Shown here in pieces: positions 9,019 to 19,842 of a stretch of 64,000 bases of DNA. The DNA comes from Octopus sinensis (lineage: Eukaryota): NCBI RefSeq assembly GCF_006345805.1, contig NC_043016.1, positions 21,886,001 through 21,950,000 of the forward strand. The letters run 5' to 3'. The notes beneath the pieces were generated by a model. It was not told where the DNA came from. It ran no database searches and was given only the letters and a program-made list of their open reading frames with translations. Made by a program: the position numbers and the translations under genes. Within the stretch, counting starts at the first letter, position 1. Every line of letters begins with the position of its first letter.

Positions 9019-11100
9019 TATATATAAAACTGAAATGCGTTTTTACCGCTTGGATCGCTTTCAATGCCACTACATCCCGTCCGATTCACTCCAAAATTTA
9101 CAGGGACATGTAGAATGAGGTGACGATGCTCGTGGGCTACCTTAAAAATCCCTATCTTAAAAGGTGTGGTTGCTAGGGGACATCTTCCTCACTCACGCTA
9201 TTTCCTCCAGTACCCTCTCACTCCTCTTCATTTGACAAGTCCACTCCCGTTATTTAATGTAAAGTCTTCCTCAAATCACTCTCTTGCTATTTCCTCTCCT
9301 CCAAGAACATTTTCACTCACTCTATCTCTTAGCTTCCCATACATTTTACTCATGTATCTATCTGCGTTCATAGACAGAAACAAATATTACATCGCCATCG
9401 CCATCGCATTCTATTGTCTACCTGTCAACACACACACACACATATATACATATATCTAATATTATATTTTTATTTTTATGTTTTTGTTTTTGGTTTTTTA
9501 CTGTTTCATTTCCCTATTAGTGGTTTTATCTCTAATTTAATTTCTACAGCGTGCACACATACACACACCTATATGTGGCCCCAGTAGACCTGAATGAAAT
9601 CGGGTTCTCTTCATCAAAATGTGAAAAGGGGTCTAGAATTATCATCGCCACAACTTATGTATATGTCTTCCTCATTCACTCACTCTTTTTCCTAATGATA
9701 ATTATCATCGCCACCAACACCAACACACAATCATGACAATCTTTCTCTTAAAACAAATCATGTTTACATTGCAAAATATTTCATTTTCCCGTCCTTTCTT
9801 TCATATATCACCTTTTCTTTCTCGAGCTCTCTCTTTTTTCGCCATCTCTATTTATTCTACAACGAGTCTATCAATGACAGCCGCAAAAGTTTCAATATTC
9901 CTACTTCACCTCTTTCAGAAACGCAACAGATATTATTTTTTTTGTCGGGGTTAAAGCCCACTACATCCCGTCAGATTCACTCCAAAATTTACACCTTTTC
10001 TTTCTACCTCTAACTCCCCTTCAATTTCTCTTTATCTCCATTCGTAAAGATAATTATCATCGCCACCACCACCACCAACACACAATCTGGACAATCTTTC
10101 TCTTAAAACAAATCATGTTTACATTGCAACGATGTCTGCCACCTCCGCTGTCTCTATTTATTCTGCAAATGACCAGAACTCGGGAAACTTGGTTGAGTGT
10201 TCTATGGTCTATGACCAGAACTCGGGAAACTTGGTTGAGTGTTCTATGGTCTATGACCAGAACACGGGAAACTTGCTTGACTGTTCTATGGTCTATGACC
10301 AGAACTCGGGAAACTTGGTTGAGTGTTCTATGGTCTATGACCAGAACTTGGGAAACTTGGTTCAGTCCTCATCTTATAAAATGTGGCCCCAGTAGACCCA
10401 AATGAAATTGGGTTATATTAACCAAAATGTGAAAAGGGGTCTAAATGGGGCTGGAAGGGAATTAAAATTTAAAGGAGCGGGTGTTTAGCAATTCTCTGTT
10501 ACATCAAGCTAAAAAATTTGCGCCAGCCTTTTAATCGTCAATTGAAAATAAAAATTATTAAATTATATTTATAATTTGTTTAAAAATATATATAACTATG
10601 AAAAAGTATGAAAAAGTTTAATATACATAAATACAGATATATACACTTTGTATATATACATTATATATACATATTTATATATAGAACACACACACACACA
10701 CACATATAAATGAACGCAAGAATATCTGATTCATAATATTTGTTCTCATGCTTGTGTGTTGTTGGTGACAGACAGATACATAAAAGAACGCCGAAGTGAT
10801 GGGAAGGTAGGAAACAGAGTGAGTGAAAAAGAGAGGAAATAGCAAGAGTGAGTTTAGGAAGATACATTAAATAATGGGAGTGGCTTGTCAAAGTTATAAA
10901 TGAAGGGGAGTGAGAGGGTAATAGCGTGAGTGAGGAAGATGGCCCCTAGCAACCACACCTTTTAAGGATTTCTAAGGTAGCCCACAGGCATCGTCACCTC
11001 ATTCTACATGTCCCTGTAAATTTTGGAGCGAATTGGACGGGATGTAGTGGCATTGAAAGCGATCCAAGCGGTAAAAACGCATTTCAGTTTTATATATAGA
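9017..11100. mobile_element. Fold-back composite of two inverted HINE/Helentron-like 3' ends with mosaic interior
   Basis: 9017-~9390 is the reverse complement of ~10710-11100. Both ends read ...GCGGTAAAAACGCATTTCAGTTTTATATATAGAG outward. The Helentron assignment is inferred from the TATATATAGA end and the adjacent ACTAGC start. Confidence 0.6.
10169..10366 (+). repeat. 42-bp minisatellite, ~4.7 copies
   Basis: Unit ATGACCAGAACTCGGGAAACTTGGTTGAGTGTTCTATGGTCT starts at 10169, 10211, 10253, 10295 and 10337. There are no spacers. Confidence 0.97.
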
Positions 11101-11164
11101 GACTAGCTGAAGGTGACCCGCTCTACGCGTGGGTAAGAGTGTGGTTGTTACTTTCTGTTGCTTC

Positions 11165-11486
11165 CTTTCAGCACATAGAAAGCACCATCCGAACGTGGCC
11201 GATTGCAGCGCCGCCTTAACTGGCTTCTGTGCTGGTGGCACGTAAAAAGCACCAACCAATCGTTGCCGCAGCGAGCCCCCCGGCACCTGTGCCGGCGGCA
11301 CGAAAATAACATCCACAACGCTCACAGAGTGGTTGGCATTAGGAAGGTCATCCTCCTGTAGAAACACTGCCAGATCAGACTGGAGCCTGGTGCAGCCTCC
11401 TGGCTTCCCAGACCCCTGTCAAACTGTCCAACCCGTGCTAGCACGGAAAACGGACGTTAAACAATGATGATGATGATGATGATGAT
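11165..11486 (+). mobile_element. 3' UTR of RTE LINE family A with (ATG)n tail
   Basis: GTTGGCATTAGGAAGG...GGAAAACGGACGTTAAACAATGATGATG. The same 3' end is contiguous with RTE coding sequence at 45452-46865. Confidence 0.85.
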
Positions 11487-11999
11487 TCTCCCTCTTTGTT
11501 TCTCTCTCCTTTCTCTCTCACTTTCCCACTCTCTTACTCTTCCTTTCTCTCGGACTCTCCCTCGCTTTCTCTTACTCTCTATCTTTATCTATCTCTCTCC
11601 CATTTATAAACAACAAAAGATCTTGAGTAAGTTGAGAAATAAAATATTTAGAAAGATGAATCATAAATATCAGGCAGTGGCAACGGAAAGGTCTGCTTCA
11701 AGGCAGACAGCAAAACACTAACATTTAAAAGGGACAGACGAACTTGCGAGCTGAATAAAAATAATAAAATACTGGAAACCAAAGTTTGAAGGGATAGAAT
11801 CTGAGGATAGTAGAGTCACCATGGCTGGCATTTCTTAACAATGGACAGCAACGTAGTGGCAGTTTAACGGCTGGCGTAAAATTTTGAACTTGATGTAAAA
11901 GAAAATTCCTAAACACCAAGCTTTGAAGTGATTCTTTCTCACGACAGTAGACTCACCATGGCAAGCATTCAAAATTTCTTTATCATGGACGGCAACACA

Positions 12000-12790
12000 T
12001 TACAGGTATAAACCTGAACTTGTAATCTGTATAGAGTAACTGCAGATTTCTCAGTAGTTCAGCGTAGTTGTTCTCTTTTTCACTCATCTTCAGCTTTATG
12101 TTAACATCTGCTGGGCAGCTAATTTCGGCCACTGTGCAGAGTTTTTCTTCTCTATCCCAAATCATTATATCAGATCTGCTATGCGTACACTTTATTGAGG
12201 TCTACACTGGTACATTCCACCAGTATTCCTTTTCATTATGAGAGGCTATGGCTTCTGCCATATTGTGGGTTTTTATTTCTTTGTCCTCAGGATTATCCTT
12301 CCGACAGATTTCATTATAGCTACATCATGTCTCATCAGTAGATAATAAAGTGATGACATTTTCAGACAACTGTTTATGTTATGGGGGATATCTTCAGTGT
12401 GAACTCCACAAAGTCCTCATTGGTTATTACATTTATGGCTTTTCCCACATCTCTGTTCCTTTTGTGCATCAGGTACTTGGTTGATATTTCCATACCCTTC
12501 AAAGTAGGAGGTAGTAATCTGCTATTGGTCCATGATAGACTGCTTTGATGATCAATGTTATTATCATCATGGAGCTTTCTACTTACACATCCATGCATAG
12601 TCTTCTGCAAATGTAGGCTCATCCTTTCATCTAATATGTTGCGGTAGTGTCGTGCGACTTCTTTCGGCATGTATTCTAGATTATCACACAAAGAGTGTTG
12701 CTCAAGGAGCTGCCTTCAAAGTCTTATGACGTTATCAGCCTCATGTATGCAAAGTTGGTCAAGGGATGGACTTCGACACTTGGTGGTTAT
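12000..12790 (-). mobile_element. R4/Dong-like non-LTR retrotransposon fragment (C-terminal RLE region)
   Basis: Minus ORF IWDREEKLCTVAEISCPADVNIKLK..KENNYAELLRNLQLLY.DYKFRFIPV. It is collinear with 39355-40000. Confidence 0.8.
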
Positions 12791-12991
12791 GTATGTATGT
12801 ATGAATGTATGTGTGTGTATGTATCTATGCATGTGTGTGTGTATGCACATATATATATATGTATACATGTCTGCACATTTGCATGTATTCTGCATATTCA
12901 TGTGTTTGTGCATTCATGTTTGTGTATTTGTGTGTGTGTGCATGTGTGTGTGTGAGTGTGCGTGTGTGTGTGTGTGTGTGTGCATGTGTGT

Positions 12992-13310
12992 GTACTTATT
13001 CTGTCAGTCTCTTTTGCCAAATACTTACATATTCATTCATCTACTTATAAGTACCTCTGTCTCCTCGTGTGTGCATGTTTGAGTGTATTTATGTGTATGT
13101 GTTTGTGTGACTACGTACATACGTCTGTTATGCATAGATGTTTGTTTCCGTATGTGTCCTTGTGTATGTGTGTATATGGTCACGTGTCTCAGTCTTCTTT
13201 TATGTGTGTATTTGTGTATGTGTGTGTGTGCATATGTGCACTTGTCTGTTTGAATTACTTAAGTACCTATCTACTTACATATTCATTCATCTACTTATAT
13301 ATATATAAAA

Positions 13311-13343
<33 letters not shown>

Positions 13344-13630
13344 CATACATGTAAGTAGATGAATGAATATGTAAGTAACTGATAGATAAGTAGATAAATA
13401 GGTACATAGTAATTCAGACAGACAAGCACACACACACACACACGCACACACACATACGTCTACATAACAGCCTACTAACAAATCTACCAGTGTATGTATA
13501 AACTGTAGGCATTGGGGTATCACTACCTTCTATGTATATCTCCTATTTAGTACTGGGGATGTTTCATTTATGAATAGTGTACTCCTGTATTTGTTTATTA
13601 TTTGGCAAAAGAGACTGACAGAATAAGTAC
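12992..13630. repeat. Degenerate fold-back around a central (TA)n
   Basis: Perfect inverted match of at least 30 bp at 12992-13023/13599-13630, plus inner inverted arms ~13225-13298/~13350-13450. Confidence 0.75.
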
Positions 13631-13742
13631 TAGGCTTACAAAGAAAGTCCTGGGGTTGGTTTCTTTGACTAAAAATCTTTAAGTGGTGTTCCAGCATGGC
13701 CACAGTCAAATGACCAAAACAAGTAAAAGAATAAAAGAATAT
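13590..13742 (+). mobile_element. 3' half of OR2/CORE-like SINE
   Basis: Homologous to 1-118 and 8621-8760. Confidence 0.75.
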
Positions 13743-14426
13743 AGTGTATGTATATATGTAAGCATATATATATATATATTATATTATATATATATATATA
13801 TATATAATGTATATATTTATATACACACACACATACACACATATACACTAATACATAAATACACGCATATTTATACATGTATGCAACATACATATGTATA
13901 TACGTGTATCTCTCTCTCTCTCTCTCTCTTTCTCTCTATGTATGTATGTAAGTATATATCACCACTTTATACCTGCTTTTCTGCTTTTTTTCCACACTGG
14001 CATTGATTGGACAGATCCTGACAATCTGAGTCAGTTTTTATTTGGTGTTAATGCCCTTGTAACATTACATTTTTGGCTTAATTTCTATAGCTGAATGCTC
14101 TTCTATCACCAGCTACATTACAAAATATACTGAATGCATTTTATCATGTCTTCAACAAGGTTACAGTGACCGTTGACTCTATATTCTCTTGACTCAGTCA
14201 TCAAACACTTTACAGAATGTGCTGGGACAATTTAATATGACATTAATACTAGGGCGTGGTTGCCTTTTTCCCTGTAAGACTAAAGGCCCTCTCTATTTTT
14301 TGTTGTACCAATGCTTCCGATGTAATGTAACCATTAGCCTGAAAAGCAGAAAACAAAGCAGGAAAAATCAGGATATGTGTGTATGCATGGTATGTCATAT
14401 TTCTGTCATTCAATAATGCAGATTCA

Positions 14427-14580
14427 CTTGTTCAATCAACTAAATTATCTGCTCACTGAATTAATGCATAAGTGACTGAGCATTCCACAGAAATGTGTAC
14501 ACTTAAGGTAATTCTGAGACAAGTTCAGTATGATAGTGTGTGACAAGATTGTTATCTTTAAAGTACAGGCACAATTCACC
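14427..14580 (-). mobile_element. Degenerate second SINE family fragment (same family as 33441-34432)
   Basis: GTGACTGAGCATTCCACAG...GTGTGACAAG...AAAGTACAGG is the reverse complement of segments of the split SINE at 33550-33630 and 34335-34400. Confidence 0.45.
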
Positions 14581-15070
14581 AAACAGGCTTCCATACAGCT
14601 CTCATCTACCTTTATGATCTTGGTTCTATCCCACTCTGCATTTGGCTTTACTGTGTTTATTTATATTTGTGTGTATCACAATCAACATAGGCACAATGAA
14701 AGATAGGACTAGTGAGTGTTGAAGTGTTAGAATTGAGACGTGTAAATGTGTGCTGTGAGCAAAAGGTAAGATGGAGGCAACCTCAGCCAGATTCCTCGGG
14801 ACAAAGAACATAAGTATAAATTTTTCTGGATAGACAATAGTTATACTGCAGCTGATGTGGGCATATTTTAGCAGAGAAATGGCCAGATAAAGTAACCGAT
14901 ATAGTCAGAGTGTGCAATAGAATAATTAAGCTGAGACTAGTTTTGGAAAATATAGCAGTAACTTTTACCTCTACTGCCTATGTTCCTCCAATCAGGTTCC
15001 TCAATCAGGATTGGCAGATGAACAAAAGGAATGTTTTTACCATGCCCTTTTAACAGACTATCTTGATAAC

Positions 15071-15357
15071 TGTGGTGTTTGTGGTGTTATGGGCTGTGAT
15101 GAGCTATGTGGTGTTGGTGGAGAGGATTGCAGATGAGGTAGACGGAAGTGAAGACTGCAGGGGCCTGTGGAACAGCCACAGGGCATGCGTGGGCAGGAAG
15201 CATGTGCAGGAAGTTCGAGCAGAGATGGCAGCGTGCAAGGATGTGTTTATTTCCTGACAGTGATCGCTCATCCTGCCTAGGTCAACAGGTAAGGTCTTTG
15301 TATTTCTTTCTTCCATTTGCTTCTTTTTCTGTTGTCTTCTTCCTCCATCACACCACA
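15071..15357 (+). mobile_element. Candidate 5' LTR of a Gypsy-like element
   Basis: TGTGGTG start (at 15071, 15080 or 15107) and CACCACA end (15351-15357), directly upstream of the gag ATG at 15395. No matching 3' LTR is present. Confidence 0.5.
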
Positions 15358-15394
15358 AGCTATTTCGGCCCATAACAGAAAAAAACAAAACCGA

Positions 15395-16100
15395 ATGATG
15401 AGTGTAGTCCGTATTTCAAACGATACGGTCAAACTGTTTTGCGGTGACACGGATGTAGTCGCTTGGTTGAAGATGAAGTTAGTGGTGAAGCTCCATGGTA
15501 TAAATGACTTAGTGAGTTTTATACCGCTGTACCTACATGGTTCGGCATTGGTGCTGTACCTAGGAATGGAAGAGAGGGACCAACTTAGTGCAGAAAAAAT
15601 AGAAATCCATTTGATGGCAGCCTTTGCAGAGGGAATGTTCAAAGCTTATGCTCACCTGGGGAAAGCAAAGTGGACTGGGGAACAGGTTGACGTATTTGCG
15701 AACGAACTCAGAAGATTGGCTAAACTGGAGGGATATGAGGGAGAATCTCTGGACCGAATGGTTAAGTTAGCATTTGTGACTGGCTTTCCTGACCACATGT
15801 CGATCGAGTTGCAGAAGCTGCTGAACATTAACTCTATGGTGATGGCAGACATTGTATCTCAGGCTTGTGTGCTAGTTTTGTGTTACAGGACAATGCCAGT
15901 AGCAGCGACTGCAACAACGAAAAGTGGCTGAGCAAGGAGTAGCAGGGAGGGGTCAAACAACGAGCATGTGCGACAATACAAAGGACAGTGTTTCCGGTGT
16001 CAGGACCTGCACATGGTACGAGACTGCAAGTCACCCAAGCCTGAGGTCATTTGCTACCGGTGTTGAGAAGCAGGACATATAGCCAGCAGATGTCTGCAGG
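15395..16100 (+). pseudogene. Gypsy-like gag (capsid plus two CCHC zinc knuckles), disrupted
   Basis: VKLFCGDTDVVAWLK...FIPLYLHGSA...EQVDVFANELRRLAKL...LAFVTGFPD. After the stop at 15931 come knuckles CFRCQ..HMVRDC and CYRC*EAGHIASRC. Confidence 0.85.
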
Positions 16101-16149
16101 GAAACGGTCTAAGGGTGACTACTGTGCTGGTAGTTATCCCTTCAAATCA

Positions 16150-16690
16150 ATAGAGGCGCGTTTATCATCATTACCTGTAGTCGACATCATAGTGGAGGGG
16201 AAGATGTCGCAAGCCCTTGTGGACACGGGCTGTACGATGACCCTGATGACACCAGAAGTTGTAGAGCCGTGGAGTGGAGAAAGCAGTGTAAGAGCAGTTG
16301 AAAGAAGAGAGGTACACTGTGAAGGTATTACAGATGTGCAGATTGTGGTACAAGGAACAAAGCTGATGCCCCGTGGATGAACTGCTTCTGGATAATGGCA
16401 CTGCATTTCACTTGGAGGTGCTGAAAGAAATGCTGGATGAGTGGCAGGTCAACCGCTTCTTCAGGGTGGCATACTGGCCAAGTGGAAATGGGGTGGTGGA
16501 AAGGCATCATTGTACCATCAAGACCATGGCAGAGAGGGGCCACATTTCACCAATTGGGGTTGTATTTTGGTACAATATGTCACCCAGGTCAGGACAGGCT
16601 GAGGAGTCGGTATCACACAGGGCAATATTCAGGTATGAGTGGAGGCATTCGTGTACTGCATCAATGCGACCCGGGGCAGAGGAAGAGCAA
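16150..16690 (+). pseudogene. Gypsy aspartic protease joined directly to integrase core (RT/RNase H missing)
   Basis: ALVDTGCT protease motif (~16212-16235), then PVDELLLDNGTAF...GNGVVERHHCTIK integrase motifs from ~16370. Confidence 0.85.
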
Positions 16691-16830
16691 TAGATATAGT
16701 AATAGACAACCTGAAATAAGACGACCTGATAACGGCTGGTGTACCTTTGATTCTATAGTTCACTTGGTTAAAGAAAATCTAAATGTAATTGTGCACGTTG
16801 CATAATTAGATTGCATGCAGGTTACTTAAT
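16687..16830 (-). repeat. 144-bp inverted copy of 23281-23425
   Basis: Manual alignment gives 4 substitutions and a 1-bp indel in a poly-A run. Confidence 0.95.
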
Positions 16831-19060
16831 GGTGGCCACACAAGCCATATTGAGTATATTTGCACCAGAAAGTGGGATAGAAATATAGTTGTAAGTGTAA
16901 AGTTTTTTGCCAGTGAAGAATGTACAATCCACCATTGGTTTGTAGTTAATAAAAGGACTCACAGAAACAAGTTGGTTTGGAAAAGAAGATATGGAAGCTT
17001 ACTGATTCACTGAACAGTCAGCAATTTAGAAAAATCCTAGTTGAGGCAATTGCTATGAAGGATTTGGAGGTAGAGATGTATAGTATAAAGGACAACTGGA
17101 TGTCCCTATGGGACAACCTACTCAGGCTACAGACCAAATCAGATTAAGGATGATGCAGTGAAGCAGCGAAGTAGAGAGAGCTATAAAAGCAAAGAAACTA
17201 ACTTGGAAGGATTGGAAGAATGGGGGTAGGAGAGAATTATATGAGATAACTAGAAGGGAAGGTAGGCAACAGAAATAGTTAGCGAGAGAAGACTCAGAAA
17301 GGAAGAAGTTTACCAACATTCTACAACATGATAGTCAGAGGCATGAAGTGTTCCAGATTGCAAGGCAGTAGTGTATCACAGGAAAACAAAATATTGTAAG
17401 AGAGAAGTGTGTATGGATGGATAATGGCACACTTGCACTTCCTGATTCTGTAAAGGAAGTGGCATGACAGTGTTACTTCGAAAGACTACTAATCGTAGAG
17501 AATGCATGGCAGAAAGAAAGGAGAGTCTACTAACATGGACCCAACAGTCGGAACAGCTATTCAAGTTGACAGTAATATGATAGATAAAGGAATTAAATAT
17601 ATTAAGACAAGATACTTAAAATATCTGGCAGAGTGAAATACAGTCTAGTCATCCATATAGTGAATCAAGTTGTGCAGGAAGGGGTCAGTACCTAACAACT
17701 AGTGTAGCTGCATTACGATCAACTTTTACAGGGGAACAGGAGATACCTTAGAGAGAATTAGTTACAGAGGTATCAAGTTGCTAGGCTAGCTTATAAAAGT
17801 TATAGAGTGGGTTATAGACGAAGTAATTAGGAACAGAGTTTGTTTAGATGAGATGCAGTTTAGTTTTGTATTGGAAAGGAGTACTACTGAGGCTCTCATT
17901 CTAGCAAGGCAACTAAAGAAAAAGTATTTAGCTAACAGTAAGCTACTGTTCTTGAAATTTTTGACATGGAGAAAGTTTGTTTGTTTGTTCCTTCTTGAGC
18001 CATGCCTGGCTCATAAGGGCCAGTTTCCTTGTGTATAGGTTTCCCACCTGAACAGGACGCCGGTCTGTCACAGGTGAGCTGCAAGATACAAGAGGAAAGA
18101 GTGAGAGAAAGTTGTGGCGAAAGAGTCAGCAGAAGTTCGCCATTACCTTCTGCCGGAGCCGCGTGGAGCTTAGGCGTTTCTCTCATAAACACACAAACCG
18201 CCCAGTCTGAGATTGAACCCATGATCCCGCGACCGTGAGTCTGCTGCTCTAACAACTATTTGTGGTTGCTAGGAAGCTGATGAACTTGTTTTCCTAGCAG
18301 AATTCGTAATTGAATTAGAAAAGGAATTCCAGGTCTGGAAGCAAAATCTGGAATCAGGAGGCCCTAACAAAACTAACAAAAGAATAAAGTTCCAGTAAGA
18401 AAACAGACAGTTTGCTAATCCCTTCAGGGAAATGATTCTATTTGATATGTAGAAAGATATAGGTAGAAATTCTATACATAGTACCTAGTGCAAGTTACTG
18501 ATGCACAAGAAGTGCATTCATAGCTCACACTATATAGAGAAATTACACTTTGTATGTGGTAGAATCACAGAAGCAATAAACACTAAGAAGATATGAGAAA
18601 TAGGTTGTCTCTTTGCCTAAGATGATTTAATTAGCCTAAGGTGATTTAATTAGCAGTGGAGGAGGATGTTCTGAAACTATAGTTGCTGGAATAAAAACTG
18701 GCTAGAGAAAATGAAGTGAGCTATTACTTCTGTTGGTAACAAAAGGCCTCTCTCTCAGAATGAAAGATAGATTATATGATGCTTGTGTATGAACCACAAT
18801 GCTACATAGTTGTGAAACATAGTCCTGTAGAAGCAGAGAATATGCAATAGTTAGGGAGGCATGATCTCTTAGATGTGCAACAGTCTGTATGTAAAAGTGA
18901 AAAATGTATTTAAAATTAGGCCTGAGAGGAATCAGATGAGGTGTGCTATTTATTGAATATGGATAAAACATATGGAAGAAAGAGACTCAAGAAGATACGG
19001 GGCAAAATAGTGAAGACTGACCTTAAGTTGTTAAGCCTCACAAAGGAATTGACAAAGAAG
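16831..19060 (+). mobile_element. Decayed RTE family A LINE (end of APE, linker, RT), interrupted by a SINE
   Basis: DEMQFSFVLERSTTEALILARQLKKKYLA (17850-17940) and ADELVFLA...EFQVWKQNLES (~18280-18355). Homologous to the minus copies at 26022-26384 and 46282-46590. Confidence 0.8.
17975..18258 (-). mobile_element. tRNA-headed SINE with Nin/Deu-like central domain and (AAAC)n tail
   Basis: Minus head TAGTTGTTAGAGCAG...GGGTTCAATCTC (A and B boxes), body CTGTGACAGACCGGCGTCCTGTTCAGG...GAAACTGGCCCTTATGAGCC, tail AACAAACAAAC. The domain name is from memory of such consensus sequences. Confidence 0.7.
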
Positions 19061-19842
19061 TGAGTTGATTGGTGATTTGCTATGTTTGTGAAGACCCTCC
19101 ATGTAAGCAAATAACATCAATACCCCTGCACCCAACTGCCCCTGTCAAGCCTTTCCCACACTTTGTCTTTGTAATACTTATCCCACTCCTGTTCTTTCTA
19201 ACTATTTCCTGCTGTAATTATATGAGTGCAGAACTACATATATTCCATCCCCTCTGGTGCTATCAGTTATCCATCTCCTTGGAATCACTTCTCTTGCTAC
19301 TCGTCCTACTCTTTCAATATCATTTTATTTCTACTGAATGCTCCTTTACTTTGAACAACCAGTCATTTCTGCCAACGACATCTCCCTCCCTTTTTGTCAC
19401 TCACTTCATCTACCTTGTGTGCCTCTAACATCCATCTGTGTCACTGTACATTTCTCTCCCCTACATTTTATATTTTCTCCCTATTTCTCATCTGTTGATA
19501 ATTTTATTACACTGTTGTTCTTCACTAACACTCTGTTTACATTTATTGCCACCTATTACCTCCTCCTCCCCCATGATGCGCTCCTATTTTGTTTACCTTG
19601 TCCTAAACCGAGATTCACTATTGTCTATGTCTCCATCCATGTTCATCATTCGCATCCTCGATACCTTGTCTCTATACTCTCTTTATCCTCTTCTTGTGCT
19701 TTGAGGGTATGCACTGACACTTGATTTCCACCATCTTTCCACCCATTCTTGCTTGGGTAGCCATATATTTCCTCCACACCAAGATACTTGCCCCCAGGTC
19801 TGTTGCCTGACTTTAGTGCCTGAAGGTGCTTTAGAATATTCT

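Noticed and set aside
10169-10366. CRISPR-like appearance of the 42-bp and 24-bp (24919-25199) arrays
   Set aside because: The units are contiguous with no unique spacers, no cas genes are present, and the context is eukaryotic.
17975-18258. tRNA-like A/B boxes here and at ~8960-9018, 20180-20224, 30232 and 33441
   Set aside because: They are SINE heads with no complete cloverleaf or acceptor stem, so they are not tRNA genes.
19070-19800. Pyrimidine-rich block with overlapping ORFs, possibly a decayed retroelement on the minus strand
   Set aside because: No convincing RT or endonuclease motif was found in any frame.
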